Shown piece by piece: positions 37,420 through 47,078 of a stretch of 64,000 nt of DNA. The position numbers and the translations under genes are program-made. The DNA is taken from positions 321,131-385,130 of the forward strand of contig JBJLIP010000001.1 in the NCBI GenBank assembly GCA_045563715.1, read 5' to 3'. Source of the stretch: Gammaproteobacteria bacterium (lineage in GTDB: Bacteria > Pseudomonadota > Gammaproteobacteria > Magnimaribacterales > D2472). Each line of letters starts with the position of its first letter. Within the stretch, counting starts at the first letter, position 1. The notes beneath the pieces were generated by a model that saw nothing but the letters and a program-made list of their open reading frames with translations, was not told where the DNA came from and made no database searches.

Positions 37420-38668
37420 ACTATTTCTTATATGCGGGTTGGTTTTATCTTTTTTTGCTGAATCAAATGAAATTTCATTCAAATCTGTAGACGGTCTAAA
37501 GGGCGGATCTATTGAGATCAATTTTACTCTAGAAAAGGTTTCTTTCATTAAGTCATACTCTCTTGAGAATCCATCTAGAATAGTTATGGATGTATATGAT
37601 AGTGATCTCTCATCAGCAATAGATGAACCATACAACTACCCTATTAAGAAAATAAGGGCTACATCTAAAGATAATATAACCAGAATAGTCATTGATTTAT
37701 ATGAGTATGTTAATTGGACAAAGCCTAAACAAATAAAAACTGATAAAGGCGTTCTTCTAAGTCTACAAATATCAAAGAATAAAAAACTGAAAAGCAGTAT
37801 TAGAGATATAGTCGTTGCCATCGATGCCGGTCATGGTGGGAAATATCCTGGTGCGGTTGGAACAAATAACATACTAGAAAAAGATGTAACTCTGCTTATT
37901 GCAAAAGAATTACAAAGAACATTGAGAGATACTGAAGGATATAGTCCGGTAATGATTAGAGAAGGAGATGAAACTGTGGCCTTAAATGATAGATATCAAA
38001 GAGCCAGACAATATGCTGCCGATATACTTATTTCAATTCATGCTGATGGATTTAGACTTGAATCAGTTAAAGGAGCATCTGTTTTTATATGGTCAGAGGA
38101 AACCTCAAGTTCAGTGGCAAGAAATTTATCTGAAAAACAAAAAAAACGAATACAGGCTGACATAAAGAATATTATGGAAGATGATTTTAATGAAGATGCA
38201 GCTAGAAAAGCTTATCCAGAAATATACAAACAAAAAATTAAAGATAGTGAGATTCTTGGGGAAAAGATCTTAAATGAGCTAAAAAAAGATCCATATACTA
38301 AGATACATAAGAAAAATGTTGAATATGCAGACTTTAGAGTTTTAAAATCAATTGATATTCCTTCAGTATTAGTAGAGTCTGGATTTATGACCAACCCGGA
38401 GGATGCTGAAAGGCTTAAAGGAAAGCCAGGAAGACGAATGATTGCAAGGTCAATTTTCTTGGGAATTCATAATTACTTTCTAGAAAACCCTCTTGAAGGA
38501 ACATTCGTTGAAGATAATCCTGATTACCTTAATTATGAAATCCAAAAAGGAGACGTTTTGTCTGAAATCGCAATAAGGTTTGGTGTAACAGTTGAATCAA
38601 TTAATAAATTAAATAATCTTGAAAATAGATCTATTTTCCCTGGTCAAATAATTAGAATTAATATTTAA
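37412..38668 (+). CDS. amiB: N-acetylmuramoyl-L-alanine amidase (AMIN domain + Amidase_3 + C-terminal LysM)
   Basis: VVAIDAGHGGKYPGAVG, SIHADG and ESGFMTNPED. LysM: YEIQKGDVLSEIAIRFGVTVESINKLNNL. Confidence 0.9.
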   Translation: MNKLFLICGLVLSFFAESNEISFKSVDGLKGGSIEINFTLEKVSFIKSYSLENPSRIVMDVYDSDLSSAIDEPYNYPIKKIRATSKDNITRIVIDLYEYVNWTKPKQIKTDKGVLLSLQISKNKKLKSSIRDIVVAIDAGHGGKYPGAVGTNNILEKDVTLLIAKELQRTLRDTEGYSPVMIREGDETVALNDRYQRARQYAADILISIHADGFRLESVKGASVFIWSEETSSSVARNLSEKQKKRIQADIKNIMEDDFNEDAARKAYPEIYKQKIKDSEILGEKILNELKKDPYTKIHKKNVEYADFRVLKSIDIPSVLVESGFMTNPEDAERLKGKPGRRMIARSIFLGIHNYFLENPLEGTFVEDNPDYLNYEIQKGDVLSEIAIRFGVTVESINKLNNLENRSIFPGQIIRINI

Positions 38669-40653
38669 GACATATCATAAGGGTCTATATCATAGGACCA
38701 TTTTACTTTCTTGGTTTCAGGCCAAGATTCAAACTCCTTAGTTAGGAACTTAAGGACTCTATTAAGGTAGGTTTTAGTAGGCGAAATTATAATTAAATGA
38801 TTTCTTGTATTGCCTTTCGTCTTAAATGGGATAGATGGCAGAGGCCCAATAGTGCTTATGCCATTCTTATTTGATAGTGTTAGTTGTGTTCTATTTAAAA
38901 ATCTAGGAGAGCTAGTTGTATTTGGTGAGACTGCTCTTAGAATGCAAATACTTGAATATGGGGGCATGTTTAATTCTTTATTAACATTCAAGCACTGATC
39001 TGCGACCAGTCGATAATCTCCAGTTTTAATTTGTTTTAAATTAATGTCATCAGGATATCGCGTTTGAATAATAACTTTTGCAAGATTATTATTTCTGCCA
39101 GCTCTTCCAGATACTTGAATCAATTGTTGAGAAATTTTTTCAAGGGCATTGATCTCAGGACTTATTAAACCATTATCAGCATTTAAGATAACGCATAGGG
39201 TTACCTTTGGAAAATCATGGCCCTTTGAAAGCATTTGTGTTCCAACTAATATTGCTTCATCGCTTTTGTACACCCTCTCATATATTGCTTCTAAGGAGCC
39301 CTTTAATTTTGTTGAATCATGATCAACTCTAATAATGGGAGTCTTTGTGAATGCGCTTTTTAGAACATCTTCAACTCTTTCTGTTCCACTTCCATACATA
39401 TTAATTTCATCTGAATTACAATCTGGACATTTTTTATTAACTGCATATGCTGACTCGCACTTATGACAAATAAGTCTATTTTTCGATTTATGGAAAACTA
39501 AATTGGATTCACAGTCTGTGCAACTAGCCACCCATCCACAATCGTCACATTCATACAAAGGAGCAAATCCCCTCCTATTTATAAAAATTAAAACTTGTTC
39601 TCCTTTTTTTATAGTGGATTCAATAATACTCATTGTTTGAAGAGCTATTCCTCCTACTAAAGGGGCATCAGTAATATCGAGAGGTATTAACTTAGGAGGT
39701 TTTTTGCCATCTACTCTTCTTAATAAATCAAATTTCTTATATTTTTTTTCTTTTACAAGTTTGAGCGTTTGAAGAGACGGGGTTGCGGATCCAAGATAAA
39801 CTGGAATATTTTCTAGCTGAGCTCTTTTAATTGCTATATCTCTTCCTGAAAATTTAAATCCTTCAGACTGTTTGTATGATTGATCATGTTCTTCATCAAC
39901 AATAATTGCCCCAAGATCTTTGAGTGGCATCAATACCGAAGATCTTGTTCCAATAACAATTTTAATTTCACCAAACTTTGATCTAAGCCATACCTTGAAC
40001 CTCTGATTTGGTGTCATTTTTGAATGATAGATCCCAACATCTCCATTAAATCTATTACGAAATCTGCTTACCAGTTGAGGAATGAGATTAATCTCAGGAA
40101 CTAATATAAGAACAGCTTTGTTTTTTTTTAAAAGTTTTTCGGTAAGCCTTAAATAAATTTCAGTCTTACCAGAGCCAGTCACACCATAAATTAATGAGGG
40201 CTTAAAATCAGTGATCTTTTTGAGTTTTATAAGATTTGTATCTTGTTCTTTTGTTAATTTAAAATTCTTATCGGTTTCATTTAATTCATATGTTGAAATA
40301 TCATTGGTTGCTGCAATTATCTTATTGCCTTGATTTCTTAAAACTGTTGGCATAAAAGAAGAAAAAACTTCGCCAATAGGGTGATGATAATAATCAGAAG
40401 CCCACAAAATTGTTTCAAAAATGGATTTGTCAAAACAGGGAAACTTTTCATCAGTTGAGATGATTCCTTTTATAGCTCCCGATTTGATTAACGAATCAGG
40501 TCTAGTTATCTTCCTTACCACTATGCCTACTTTTGTTTTCTTTCCAAAGGGAACAACCACTCTTGTGCCTTTTTTTATGTTGGTGGCAGATTTATAGGTA
40601 AAACATTGTCTAATTGGTATGCCAACAGCTATGTCGTAATAAAAAATATTCAT
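38665..40653 (-). CDS. priA: Primosomal replication restart helicase PriA
   Basis: GVTGSGKTEIYL, DEEHD, and Cys-rich zinc-binding insertions CDDCGW..CTDC...CHKC..CPDC. Confidence 0.95.
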   Translation of the reverse strand: MNIFYYDIAVGIPIRQCFTYKSATNIKKGTRVVVPFGKKTKVGIVVRKITRPDSLIKSGAIKGIISTDEKFPCFDKSIFETILWASDYYHHPIGEVFSSFMPTVLRNQGNKIIAATNDISTYELNETDKNFKLTKEQDTNLIKLKKITDFKPSLIYGVTGSGKTEIYLRLTEKLLKKNKAVLILVPEINLIPQLVSRFRNRFNGDVGIYHSKMTPNQRFKVWLRSKFGEIKIVIGTRSSVLMPLKDLGAIIVDEEHDQSYKQSEGFKFSGRDIAIKRAQLENIPVYLGSATPSLQTLKLVKEKKYKKFDLLRRVDGKKPPKLIPLDITDAPLVGGIALQTMSIIESTIKKGEQVLIFINRRGFAPLYECDDCGWVASCTDCESNLVFHKSKNRLICHKCESAYAVNKKCPDCNSDEINMYGSGTERVEDVLKSAFTKTPIIRVDHDSTKLKGSLEAIYERVYKSDEAILVGTQMLSKGHDFPKVTLCVILNADNGLISPEINALEKISQQLIQVSGRAGRNNNLAKVIIQTRYPDDINLKQIKTGDYRLVADQCLNVNKELNMPPYSSICILRAVSPNTTSSPRFLNRTQLTLSNKNGISTIGPLPSIPFKTKGNTRNHLIIISPTKTYLNRVLKFLTKEFESWPETKKVKWSYDIDPYDMS

Positions 40654-40711
40654 TTTTTAATTGTAATGGAGTTAATTTTTGCTATAGTTCTCATCCTAAA
40701 TTAATTTTATT

Positions 40712-40960
40712 ATGAAAAAAGACATACATCCTGAATACCGTGAAATACTATTCCATGATACAAGTGTGGATGAATATTTCATTATTAATTCAACTTTAGA
40801 GACAACTCAAACAAAAGAATGGGAAGATGGTAAGACTTACCCGTATTATACTGTTGAGGTCTCATCTTCATCTCATCCTTTTTACACAGGTAAGCAAAAA
40901 ATTATCGATAGTGGTGGTAGGGTTCAAAAATTTGAAGAAAGATTTGGTAAGAAAAAATAG
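40712..40960 (+). CDS. rpmE2: 50S ribosomal protein L31, type B (zinc-independent form)
   Basis: [23 protein letters not shown]...[12 protein letters not shown]...[12 protein letters not shown] is collinear with YkgM-type L31. There are no CxxC motifs. Confidence 0.9.
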   Translation: MKKDIHPEYREILFHDTSVDEYFIINSTLETTQTKEWEDGKTYPYYTVEVSSSSHPFYTGKQKIIDSGGRVQKFEERFGKKK

Positions 40961-40965
40961 CTTTA

Positions 40966-41421
40966 TCAATTTATTCCTGAACTCCCAAAACCTTTAGTTC
41001 CTCTCGAAGATTCTTTAAAACTTTCAACTATTTCAAAGTTAGCTTGCAGAACTGGAACAATAATCATTTGAGCTATTCTGTCTCCTGGACTTATTTCAAA
41101 TTCTTTATTAGATCTATTCCATGCAGGTACCATTAGCTCCCCTTGATAATCAGAATCTATAAGCCCAACGAGATTACCTAAAACAATTCCATGCTTTGAT
41201 CCAAGCCCAGATCTTGGGATCACAAGAGCAGCTAAACCCTCATCTTCCAAATGCATTGCAAAACCCATTGGTATCAATTCTGTTTTGTCTGGTCTTAACA
41301 TTAATTTTTTTTCTATGCATGCACGAAGATCTAAACCAGCTGAGCCTTTTGTTTCATACTTTGGGACTGGAATCTTATCTCCTATTAAGGGATTGATTAA
41401 TTTTATCTTTATATCTTTCAA
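40966..41421 (-). CDS. dut: dUTP diphosphatase
   Basis: [15 protein letters not shown] and [10 protein letters not shown] motifs. 151 aa. Confidence 0.95.
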   Translation of the reverse strand: MKDIKIKLINPLIGDKIPVPKYETKGSAGLDLRACIEKKLMLRPDKTELIPMGFAMHLEDEGLAALVIPRSGLGSKHGIVLGNLVGLIDSDYQGELMVPAWNRSNKEFEISPGDRIAQMIIVPVLQANFEIVESFKESSRGTKGFGSSGIN

Positions 41422-41912
41422 GCTTTTATTTCCTTTGGTCTTATTAATGATTTTAAACTAGATTTATGAAAATCCAGTGTTTTCCATTCTCCTTTAAAAT
41501 TAATAATTGCAAGATTACATGTAGAAAACTTTTCTATACTATCTTCAGTCAAAATTTCAACAAGCATATGAAGCGTTGGATTATGGCCAACGATCAAGAT
41601 ATTTTTAAGCTTCTCATCTAGCTTCCTTAAAGAACTAACAATATTATTTACATCTCCAAAATAAAGGTCTTCTGTATAAAATGCATCCGCAATAGGAAAA
41701 TTAAAACCATCAGCAACTAAGTCAAAGGTTTCTTTTGTTCTCTTTGCATTGCTACACATGACTTTGTCTATGACAATACCATTCATCTCAGCAAAGGCAC
41801 ATAGCTTTTGAGCATCTTTTTCACCCCGATTAGACAAGGGTCTGTCAAAATCTGCTAGATCTTTATTATCCCAAGAAGATTTTGCATGCCTTAGAATATA
41901 TAATTGTTTCAT
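41418..41912 (-). CDS. Histidine phosphatase family protein (SixA-like)
   Basis: LYILRHAKS (RHG-type motif) and ...VGHNPTL.... 164 aa. Confidence 0.75.
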   Translation of the reverse strand: MKQLYILRHAKSSWDNKDLADFDRPLSNRGEKDAQKLCAFAEMNGIVIDKVMCSNAKRTKETFDLVADGFNFPIADAFYTEDLYFGDVNNIVSSLRKLDEKLKNILIVGHNPTLHMLVEILTEDSIEKFSTCNLAIINFKGEWKTLDFHKSSLKSLIRPKEIKA

Positions 41913-41968
41913 ATAATATTAATTATAGTATTGATATGTAGGCTTCTGTTCTATAAAATCGCGATTCT

Positions 41969-42205
41969 ATGAGTAAAAAATGTCAAGTAACAGGAAAGAT
42001 ACCTCAGTCTGGGAATAATGTTTCTCATGCTAATAATAGAACTAAGAGAAAATTTTTTCCAAACCTACATACACACAAATTCTGGGTTGAATCAGAAAAT
42101 AGATTTGTAAATCTTAAGGTGTCTACTAAAGGTATGCGTATTATAGATAAGAAAGGCATTAGCCAAGTTCTCAAAGAAATTCGTGCTCGCGGAGAAAAAG
42201 TTTAA
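41969..42205 (+). CDS. rpmB: 50S ribosomal protein L28
   Basis: [10 protein letters not shown]...[19 protein letters not shown].... Confidence 0.95.
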   Translation: MSKKCQVTGKIPQSGNNVSHANNRTKRKFFPNLHTHKFWVESENRFVNLKVSTKGMRIIDKKGISQVLKEIRARGEKV

Positions 42206-42219
42206 AAGTATAAATAAAG

Positions 42220-43230
42220 TTATTTATATCCTGCCTCTTGTGCAATAAATACAGCTTCTTTTTGAAGTAATCCAAGTTTGCTTACATTTATATCATCTTC
42301 AAAAAAATCTCCCCAATCTTTTATAGATTCAGCAATAGAAGCACTGTTTAGAACTGGGTATTCTTTGTTAGCAGACGCATAAAAATCTTGCGCTTTTTCA
42401 GACGAAAGATATTCCAAAAGAATTTGGGCTTCTTCCTTGTTCTTGGATGACTTTACAATACCTGCTCCAGAAATGTTTACATGCACTCCTCTATCATCTT
42501 GATTTGCCCAAAATAATTTTAAGTTGTCATACTTGGGATCATCCAACAGTCTTGCTAAATAATACGTATTAACAATAGTTACACCACACTGGCCACTTGA
42601 AACTGCTTTGAGTGCATTAGTATCATTTGCAAAGACTTCTGTTGTTAAGTTAGCAACCCATCCAGCAACAACTTCTTTAGCTTTATCAAAACCATAAGCA
42701 TCAATCATGCTTGCTATGAGTGATCTGTTATATACTTTCTTCGAAGTCCTTAAACATAACTTTCCTTTCCATTTAGGATCAGCTAGATCTTCGTAAGATG
42801 AAAAGTCACTTTTAGAATATTGATCACTTGAATAAACTATTGTCCTTGCTCTTTTTGAAAAACCAAACCACTGACCATTTGGATCTCTTAGATAGCTTGG
42901 AACATTAGCTTCCAAAACCTCAGATTTAGTTTGACTAAAAATACCTCTTTCTGCTGCTTGCCATAAAACTCCAGCATCAACAGTCATGAATATATCAGCC
43001 ATTGACTCATTATCTTCTATAGCTATTCTTTCCATCAATTCTTGGGCATTACCTGAAAGAAGATTTACTTTAATGCCTGTTTCCTCAGAGAAATTTTCTA
43101 AAATAGGTTCAAGAAGCTGGGGCTGTCTTGAGGTATAGATCGTTAGTTCTTCACTAGTCAGCTCTTGATTCATTTCTTTCGAACATGAAACCAAAACTAA
43201 CAATGATAATAGTAGTGAAATTATTTTCAT
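42220..43230 (-). CDS. Fe(3+) ABC-transporter periplasmic binding protein (FbpA/AfuA-like), lipoprotein
   Basis: Lipobox LVSCSK. Collinear with FbpA-type SBPs (LTIYTSRQPQL..., NTYYLARLL, GAGIVKSSKNKEEAQ..LEYLSS..AQ). No permease or ATPase gene is adjacent. Confidence 0.75.
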   Translation of the reverse strand: MKIISLLLSLLVLVSCSKEMNQELTSEELTIYTSRQPQLLEPILENFSEETGIKVNLLSGNAQELMERIAIEDNESMADIFMTVDAGVLWQAAERGIFSQTKSEVLEANVPSYLRDPNGQWFGFSKRARTIVYSSDQYSKSDFSSYEDLADPKWKGKLCLRTSKKVYNRSLIASMIDAYGFDKAKEVVAGWVANLTTEVFANDTNALKAVSSGQCGVTIVNTYYLARLLDDPKYDNLKLFWANQDDRGVHVNISGAGIVKSSKNKEEAQILLEYLSSEKAQDFYASANKEYPVLNSASIAESIKDWGDFFEDDINVSKLGLLQKEAVFIAQEAGYK

Positions 43231-43281
43231 TTTAAACCTCGCAATAATAAAGAAATTTATTTATAAGGTGTGCTAGCAATA

Positions 43282-44439
43282 TTATATCTTATTCTTACCT
43301 GAAGCATGATTTATAAAAAACCTCTTTAAGAATTTAGTTTTATTTACACTAGAAAGGCCGATATTCCTCAATAATCGTATATATAAATTATCAGATCTAA
43401 ATAAATTTACAAAAAAATTCATAGACTTAAGCATGATCAAATTCATGCTCTTTCTTCTTATTTCATATTTTTTTAATGCTAGTTTTTTATCAAAATTTAT
43501 TTTACTTTCATAGGCGTTGATTATTTCTTCACAAAAAGCATCGGCATCTGCAAAGCCCAAATTAATCCCTTGACCAGCTAGAGGATGAATTGAATGAGCT
43601 GCATCTCCAATTAAAACCAAGGATCCTGAAATATACTCCTCGAAATAATGATTAGATAAATTAAAACTTATGACATTTGAATTTAGAATTATTTCTGTCT
43701 GAAGTTTTTTTTCAAAATAAGAGATATATTTTTTAACATATTCTGAGATATTTTGGTCCTGAAGTTTGCTGTTATCAACTGACCAAACTACTGTATGGGT
43801 TGATTCACTAGTGGTTGATGGCAAGGGCATAATTGCAAAGATGCCTTTCTCAGAAAATACTTGATGAGCTATTGTTAAATCCTTAAGACTGGATTTTGCT
43901 GTAAAGGTTATTGCTGTTTGATTGTAATCCGATGAAATGGGTTTTAAAGATGCTAATTTTGCAATATTAGAATTACGCCCATCACACCCTGCAATAAATT
44001 GAGAAGTAATTTGCTTATCTTTGGATAACAAAATCTCGCAAGACTTGTTAACTCCATCCTCCTTAAATTTTTTTATCTCCTCTTCAAATAAAGTTCTTTC
44101 TTGCTCTCTTATTTTTAATGCTTTTTGAAGGTCATTAAAATAAACAACATAGGATAGATTTTCTGAATTAATCTCATCTGAAGAAAAGTCTATTTTCCCA
44201 GCACCCTCTCCATCAAAAACATTTATCTTTTTGATTTCTGCATAATCAATATCAATTCCCAGATCATCCAGAAGCTCTTTTGAATATGAATTAAGGGTGA
44301 GAGTTCGAATATTTTCTTTCTCTCTTATATCTGCTGGTGATTTTTCAATAACCAATGATTCAATATTATTCTTGTTTAATCTTGATGAGATGTAATTACC
44401 AATAATTCCACCGCCAGAGATTGTAACGATAGGATTCAC
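43282..44439 (-). CDS. ubiH: UbiH/UbiF/VisC-family FAD-dependent ubiquinone hydroxylase
   Basis: GGGIIGN dinucleotide fold and GDAAHSIHPLAGQGINLG. Downstream of pepP, as in E. coli and Pseudomonas. Confidence 0.8.
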   Translation of the reverse strand: MNPIVTISGGGIIGNYISSRLNKNNIESLVIEKSPADIREKENIRTLTLNSYSKELLDDLGIDIDYAEIKKINVFDGEGAGKIDFSSDEINSENLSYVVYFNDLQKALKIREQERTLFEEEIKKFKEDGVNKSCEILLSKDKQITSQFIAGCDGRNSNIAKLASLKPISSDYNQTAITFTAKSSLKDLTIAHQVFSEKGIFAIMPLPSTTSESTHTVVWSVDNSKLQDQNISEYVKKYISYFEKKLQTEIILNSNVISFNLSNHYFEEYISGSLVLIGDAAHSIHPLAGQGINLGFADADAFCEEIINAYESKINFDKKLALKKYEIRRKSMNLIMLKSMNFFVNLFRSDNLYIRLLRNIGLSSVNKTKFLKRFFINHASGKNKI

Positions 44440-44443
44440 AACA

Positions 44444-45739
44444 CTATGACATTAATGATTCAATTTCATGAGGGTCTGATGGTACCTTTTTAGTAAGATT
44501 TTCATTACCATCTTTTGTTACAAGAATATCATCTTCAATTCTTACTCCAATACCCTTCCATTTATCATCAACATTCATAGAGCTGCTTATATAGATTCCT
44601 GGCTCTATGGTCGTGATCATCCCAGGTTTAAATCTCATGAAATCATTCCCTTCCATGTAATCACCGGCATCATGAACATCAAGCCCAAGCCAATGACCTA
44701 TTTTATGCATATAAAAATCTTTATAGGCTCCTGCTTTATGTAACTCTTCAGGATCTCCTTCTAATAGTCCAATTTTAACAAGGCCTTGTGTTATTACCTT
44801 CTCAGAAACTTCTTGTGGCTCCATGATACTTTTACCCTCTTTGACACAATCTATTGCTGCATTCATGGCATCTAATACAACCTCATATACTTTAAGTTGC
44901 TCTTCAGAAAACTTACCACTTACTGGGAAAGTTCTTGTGATATCGGCTGCATACATTTCATATTCACAACCAGCATCTACCAAAAGCAAATCTGACTTTG
45001 CTAGATTTTGATTGTTCTCTACATAATGAAGTACACATGCATTCTCACCTCCAGCAACAATTGGATTATAAGCTGGGTATCTAGCGCCACGTTTTGAGAA
45101 TTCATGGATATATAAACTTTCTATATGTTGCTCTGAATCTATATCTTTTACTGCTTTCATTGCCGCAATGTGCGCCTCTGCAGAAATATCGCATGCTTTT
45201 TTAATTAGATTTATTTCATGATCATCTTTTATAAGACGAATATTTCCAATTAAAGAAGACGCATCAATTATATTGATTGATTTACTATGGCGATCTTTAG
45301 AAGAGGCTGCCGTAGTCCAATTGATAACTTTTTGATCAAATCCAGATTTTTTACCAATAGGATATAAAACTTGTTCGCAGCCATGAAGAATATCTGGTAG
45401 CATTGAATCAATCTGGTTATTATCAAAGGCTTTATCAAAAAGGAAATCATTAACAGCTCCAATAGGCCCTGATCTGTATCCATCCCATATCTCCTTTAGC
45501 TTATCTTTTGGAGGAACAAATACGATTGAGTTTATACCATCTTTATTATTTACTATGGCTATTAAAGATGCTGGCTCACAGAATCCGGACATATAATAAA
45601 AACTACTATCTTGTCTAAAAGGAAATGTTGAATCAGCATTCCTATATTGCAAATCAGCTCCAGGTATTAACAATACAGAATTTTCGGGCAATGTATCCTT
45701 CAAATTATTTCTTCGATCTTTATATATAGTCTTATCCAT
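44444..45739 (-). CDS. pepP: Xaa-Pro aminopeptidase
   Basis: M24B motifs DAGCEYEMYAADITRT, HKIGHWLGLDVHD and TIEPGIY. Confidence 0.92.
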   Translation of the reverse strand: MDKTIYKDRRNNLKDTLPENSVLLIPGADLQYRNADSTFPFRQDSSFYYMSGFCEPASLIAIVNNKDGINSIVFVPPKDKLKEIWDGYRSGPIGAVNDFLFDKAFDNNQIDSMLPDILHGCEQVLYPIGKKSGFDQKVINWTTAASSKDRHSKSINIIDASSLIGNIRLIKDDHEINLIKKACDISAEAHIAAMKAVKDIDSEQHIESLYIHEFSKRGARYPAYNPIVAGGENACVLHYVENNQNLAKSDLLLVDAGCEYEMYAADITRTFPVSGKFSEEQLKVYEVVLDAMNAAIDCVKEGKSIMEPQEVSEKVITQGLVKIGLLEGDPEELHKAGAYKDFYMHKIGHWLGLDVHDAGDYMEGNDFMRFKPGMITTIEPGIYISSSMNVDDKWKGIGVRIEDDILVTKDGNENLTKKVPSDPHEIESLMS

Positions 45740-45801
45740 TTGGGTATTTTACTCTTTTAAACAAACTTTCCAATTCTTTAAAGTAGAATTAAACTATTGA
45801 T

Positions 45802-45996
45802 ATGTCTAAAGCCAATGATTCATCTCCAAAAGTGTTTGAAAAAAAATTAGATCTACTTATAAAAAGATTCGATGAACAGAAAGGTATTATAGATTCATAC
45901 ATTAAAAGAGAAAGGGAGTGGAAAAAAGATAAGGTGCTTCATAGAAAAGAACTAAATCGTCTTGAAAAGATTTTAAAGAAGGTAACAGATGAGTAA
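45802..45996 (+). CDS. Small coiled-coil protein upstream of zapA
   Basis: 64-aa charged heptad-like sequence whose stop overlaps the zapA start. An equivalent small ORF precedes zapA in pseudomonads, as far as I recall. Confidence 0.45.
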   Translation: MSKANDSSPKVFEKKLDLLIKRFDEQKGIIDSYIKREREWKKDKVLHRKELNRLEKILKKVTDE

Positions 45997-46255
45997 AATG
46001 GAAACGGTTTCTTTAAGAATATTCGGAAGAGACTTAACTTTGTCATGCCCTCCCAAAGAAAAAGATAGCCTCATTAAAGCAGCAAAACTGTTTAATGAAG
46101 AGCTTGATAATATCAATGATAAGAATAATGCCCTTGTCATTGCTGGTCTTACTTTAGCAAATAAGCTATTAACTAATGATACAGAATCAAAAAATAGCAA
46201 TGATTTTGATTTTTCAATGCTTTTAAGTAAAGTTGAAAGTGCTTTAAAAGAATAG
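45989..46255 (+). CDS. zapA: Cell division protein ZapA
   Basis: VSLRIFGRDLTLSCPPKEKDSLIKAAKLFNEEL and its position directly 5' of ssrS-ygfA. Confidence 0.85.
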   Translation: MSKMETVSLRIFGRDLTLSCPPKEKDSLIKAAKLFNEELDNINDKNNALVIAGLTLANKLLTNDTESKNSNDFDFSMLLSKVESALKE

Positions 46256-46291
46256 TCTTTATCTTATATATGATCTCAACTATACTTTAAG

Positions 46292-46468
46292 AACATTCTG
46301 GTTCATTTGCTATTGTGTTAATAAATTTGAACCGATACTAATAATTAGGTGATTTTCCACTGTCTTTGTTGAGCAATACCTATTAGGGAAGCCTGATCTG
46401 ACATGATATTCACCACCTGAACTTTCGGTTCAGGTATAACACATAGCGGTGATCTGGTTTGTGAGCCT
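46292..46468 (+). ncRNA. ssrS: 6S RNA (ssrS); ends approximate
   Basis: Located between zapA and the 5-formyl-THF cyclo-ligase gene, as in E. coli. Blocks resemble E. coli 6S: UGAACCGAUACUAAUA, and GGGAAGCCUGAUCUGACAUGAUAUUCACCACCUGAACUUUCGGUUCAGGU (compare GAGAAGCCUUAAAACUGCGACGACACAUUCACCUUGAACCAAGGGUUCAAGG). The closing helix GCUAUUGUGUU/AACACAUAGC flanks a central bubble. Confidence 0.8.
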
Positions 46469-46479
46469 CTGCGAAATTT

Positions 46480-47049
46480 ATGGTGAAAAATAAAATTAGA
46501 AAATCACTTCTTGAGCAGGGGCAACTTTTGCCAAATGAGTTCATCAGTAAAAATGATCTTAAAATCCAAAGCACTGTTTTAAATAAAGTTGATCTAGCTT
46601 CCTCTAAAAATAATCTATTATATTTCCCATATAAAAAAGAAATACGTTTAGATCTTATAATTGAAGAAATAAGAGTTAATTCAAATAATATTTATATGCC
46701 AAAAATTTTTTCAAATAAGAAGATGAAGTTTAATTTACTATCTAAAGATAGTATTTTGAAAGCTAATCAATATGGGATTAAAGAAATTGAAAACACTGAA
46801 TATTTAGAGCCAGATTTATTTAATACTATGTTTATACCTTTTGTCGGTGTAGATATAAATGGTTGTAGGCTTGGATACGGTGGAGGCTATTTTGATAGAG
46901 CACTTGAAGGAATAAGTTTATTAAATAAAAGGCCTCTTATTATTGGGATGGGATTTGATTATCAGATAGTCAATGAGGAGTTTGGTATGAGCTATGATGT
47001 TAAATACGATATTGTGATAACTGAAACCCGTGTACTTTCCTTTAACTGA
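46480..47049 (+). CDS. ygfA: 5-formyltetrahydrofolate cyclo-ligase
   Basis: About 189 aa. Has the C-terminal GYGGGYFDR motif and the conserved position 3' of ssrS. Confidence 0.88.
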   Translation: MVKNKIRKSLLEQGQLLPNEFISKNDLKIQSTVLNKVDLASSKNNLLYFPYKKEIRLDLIIEEIRVNSNNIYMPKIFSNKKMKFNLLSKDSILKANQYGIKEIENTEYLEPDLFNTMFIPFVGVDINGCRLGYGGGYFDRALEGISLLNKRPLIIGMGFDYQIVNEEFGMSYDVKYDIVITETRVLSFN

Positions 47050-47078
47050 TCTATAAAATACGAGTCTTATAAACACAT

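Noticed and set aside
42206-42219. Absence of rpmG (L33) after rpmB
   Set aside because: Only 14 nt separate the rpmB stop from the convergent fbpA-like gene, and no degraded L33 frame is visible. rpmG is presumably elsewhere. This is a synteny difference, not a pseudogene.
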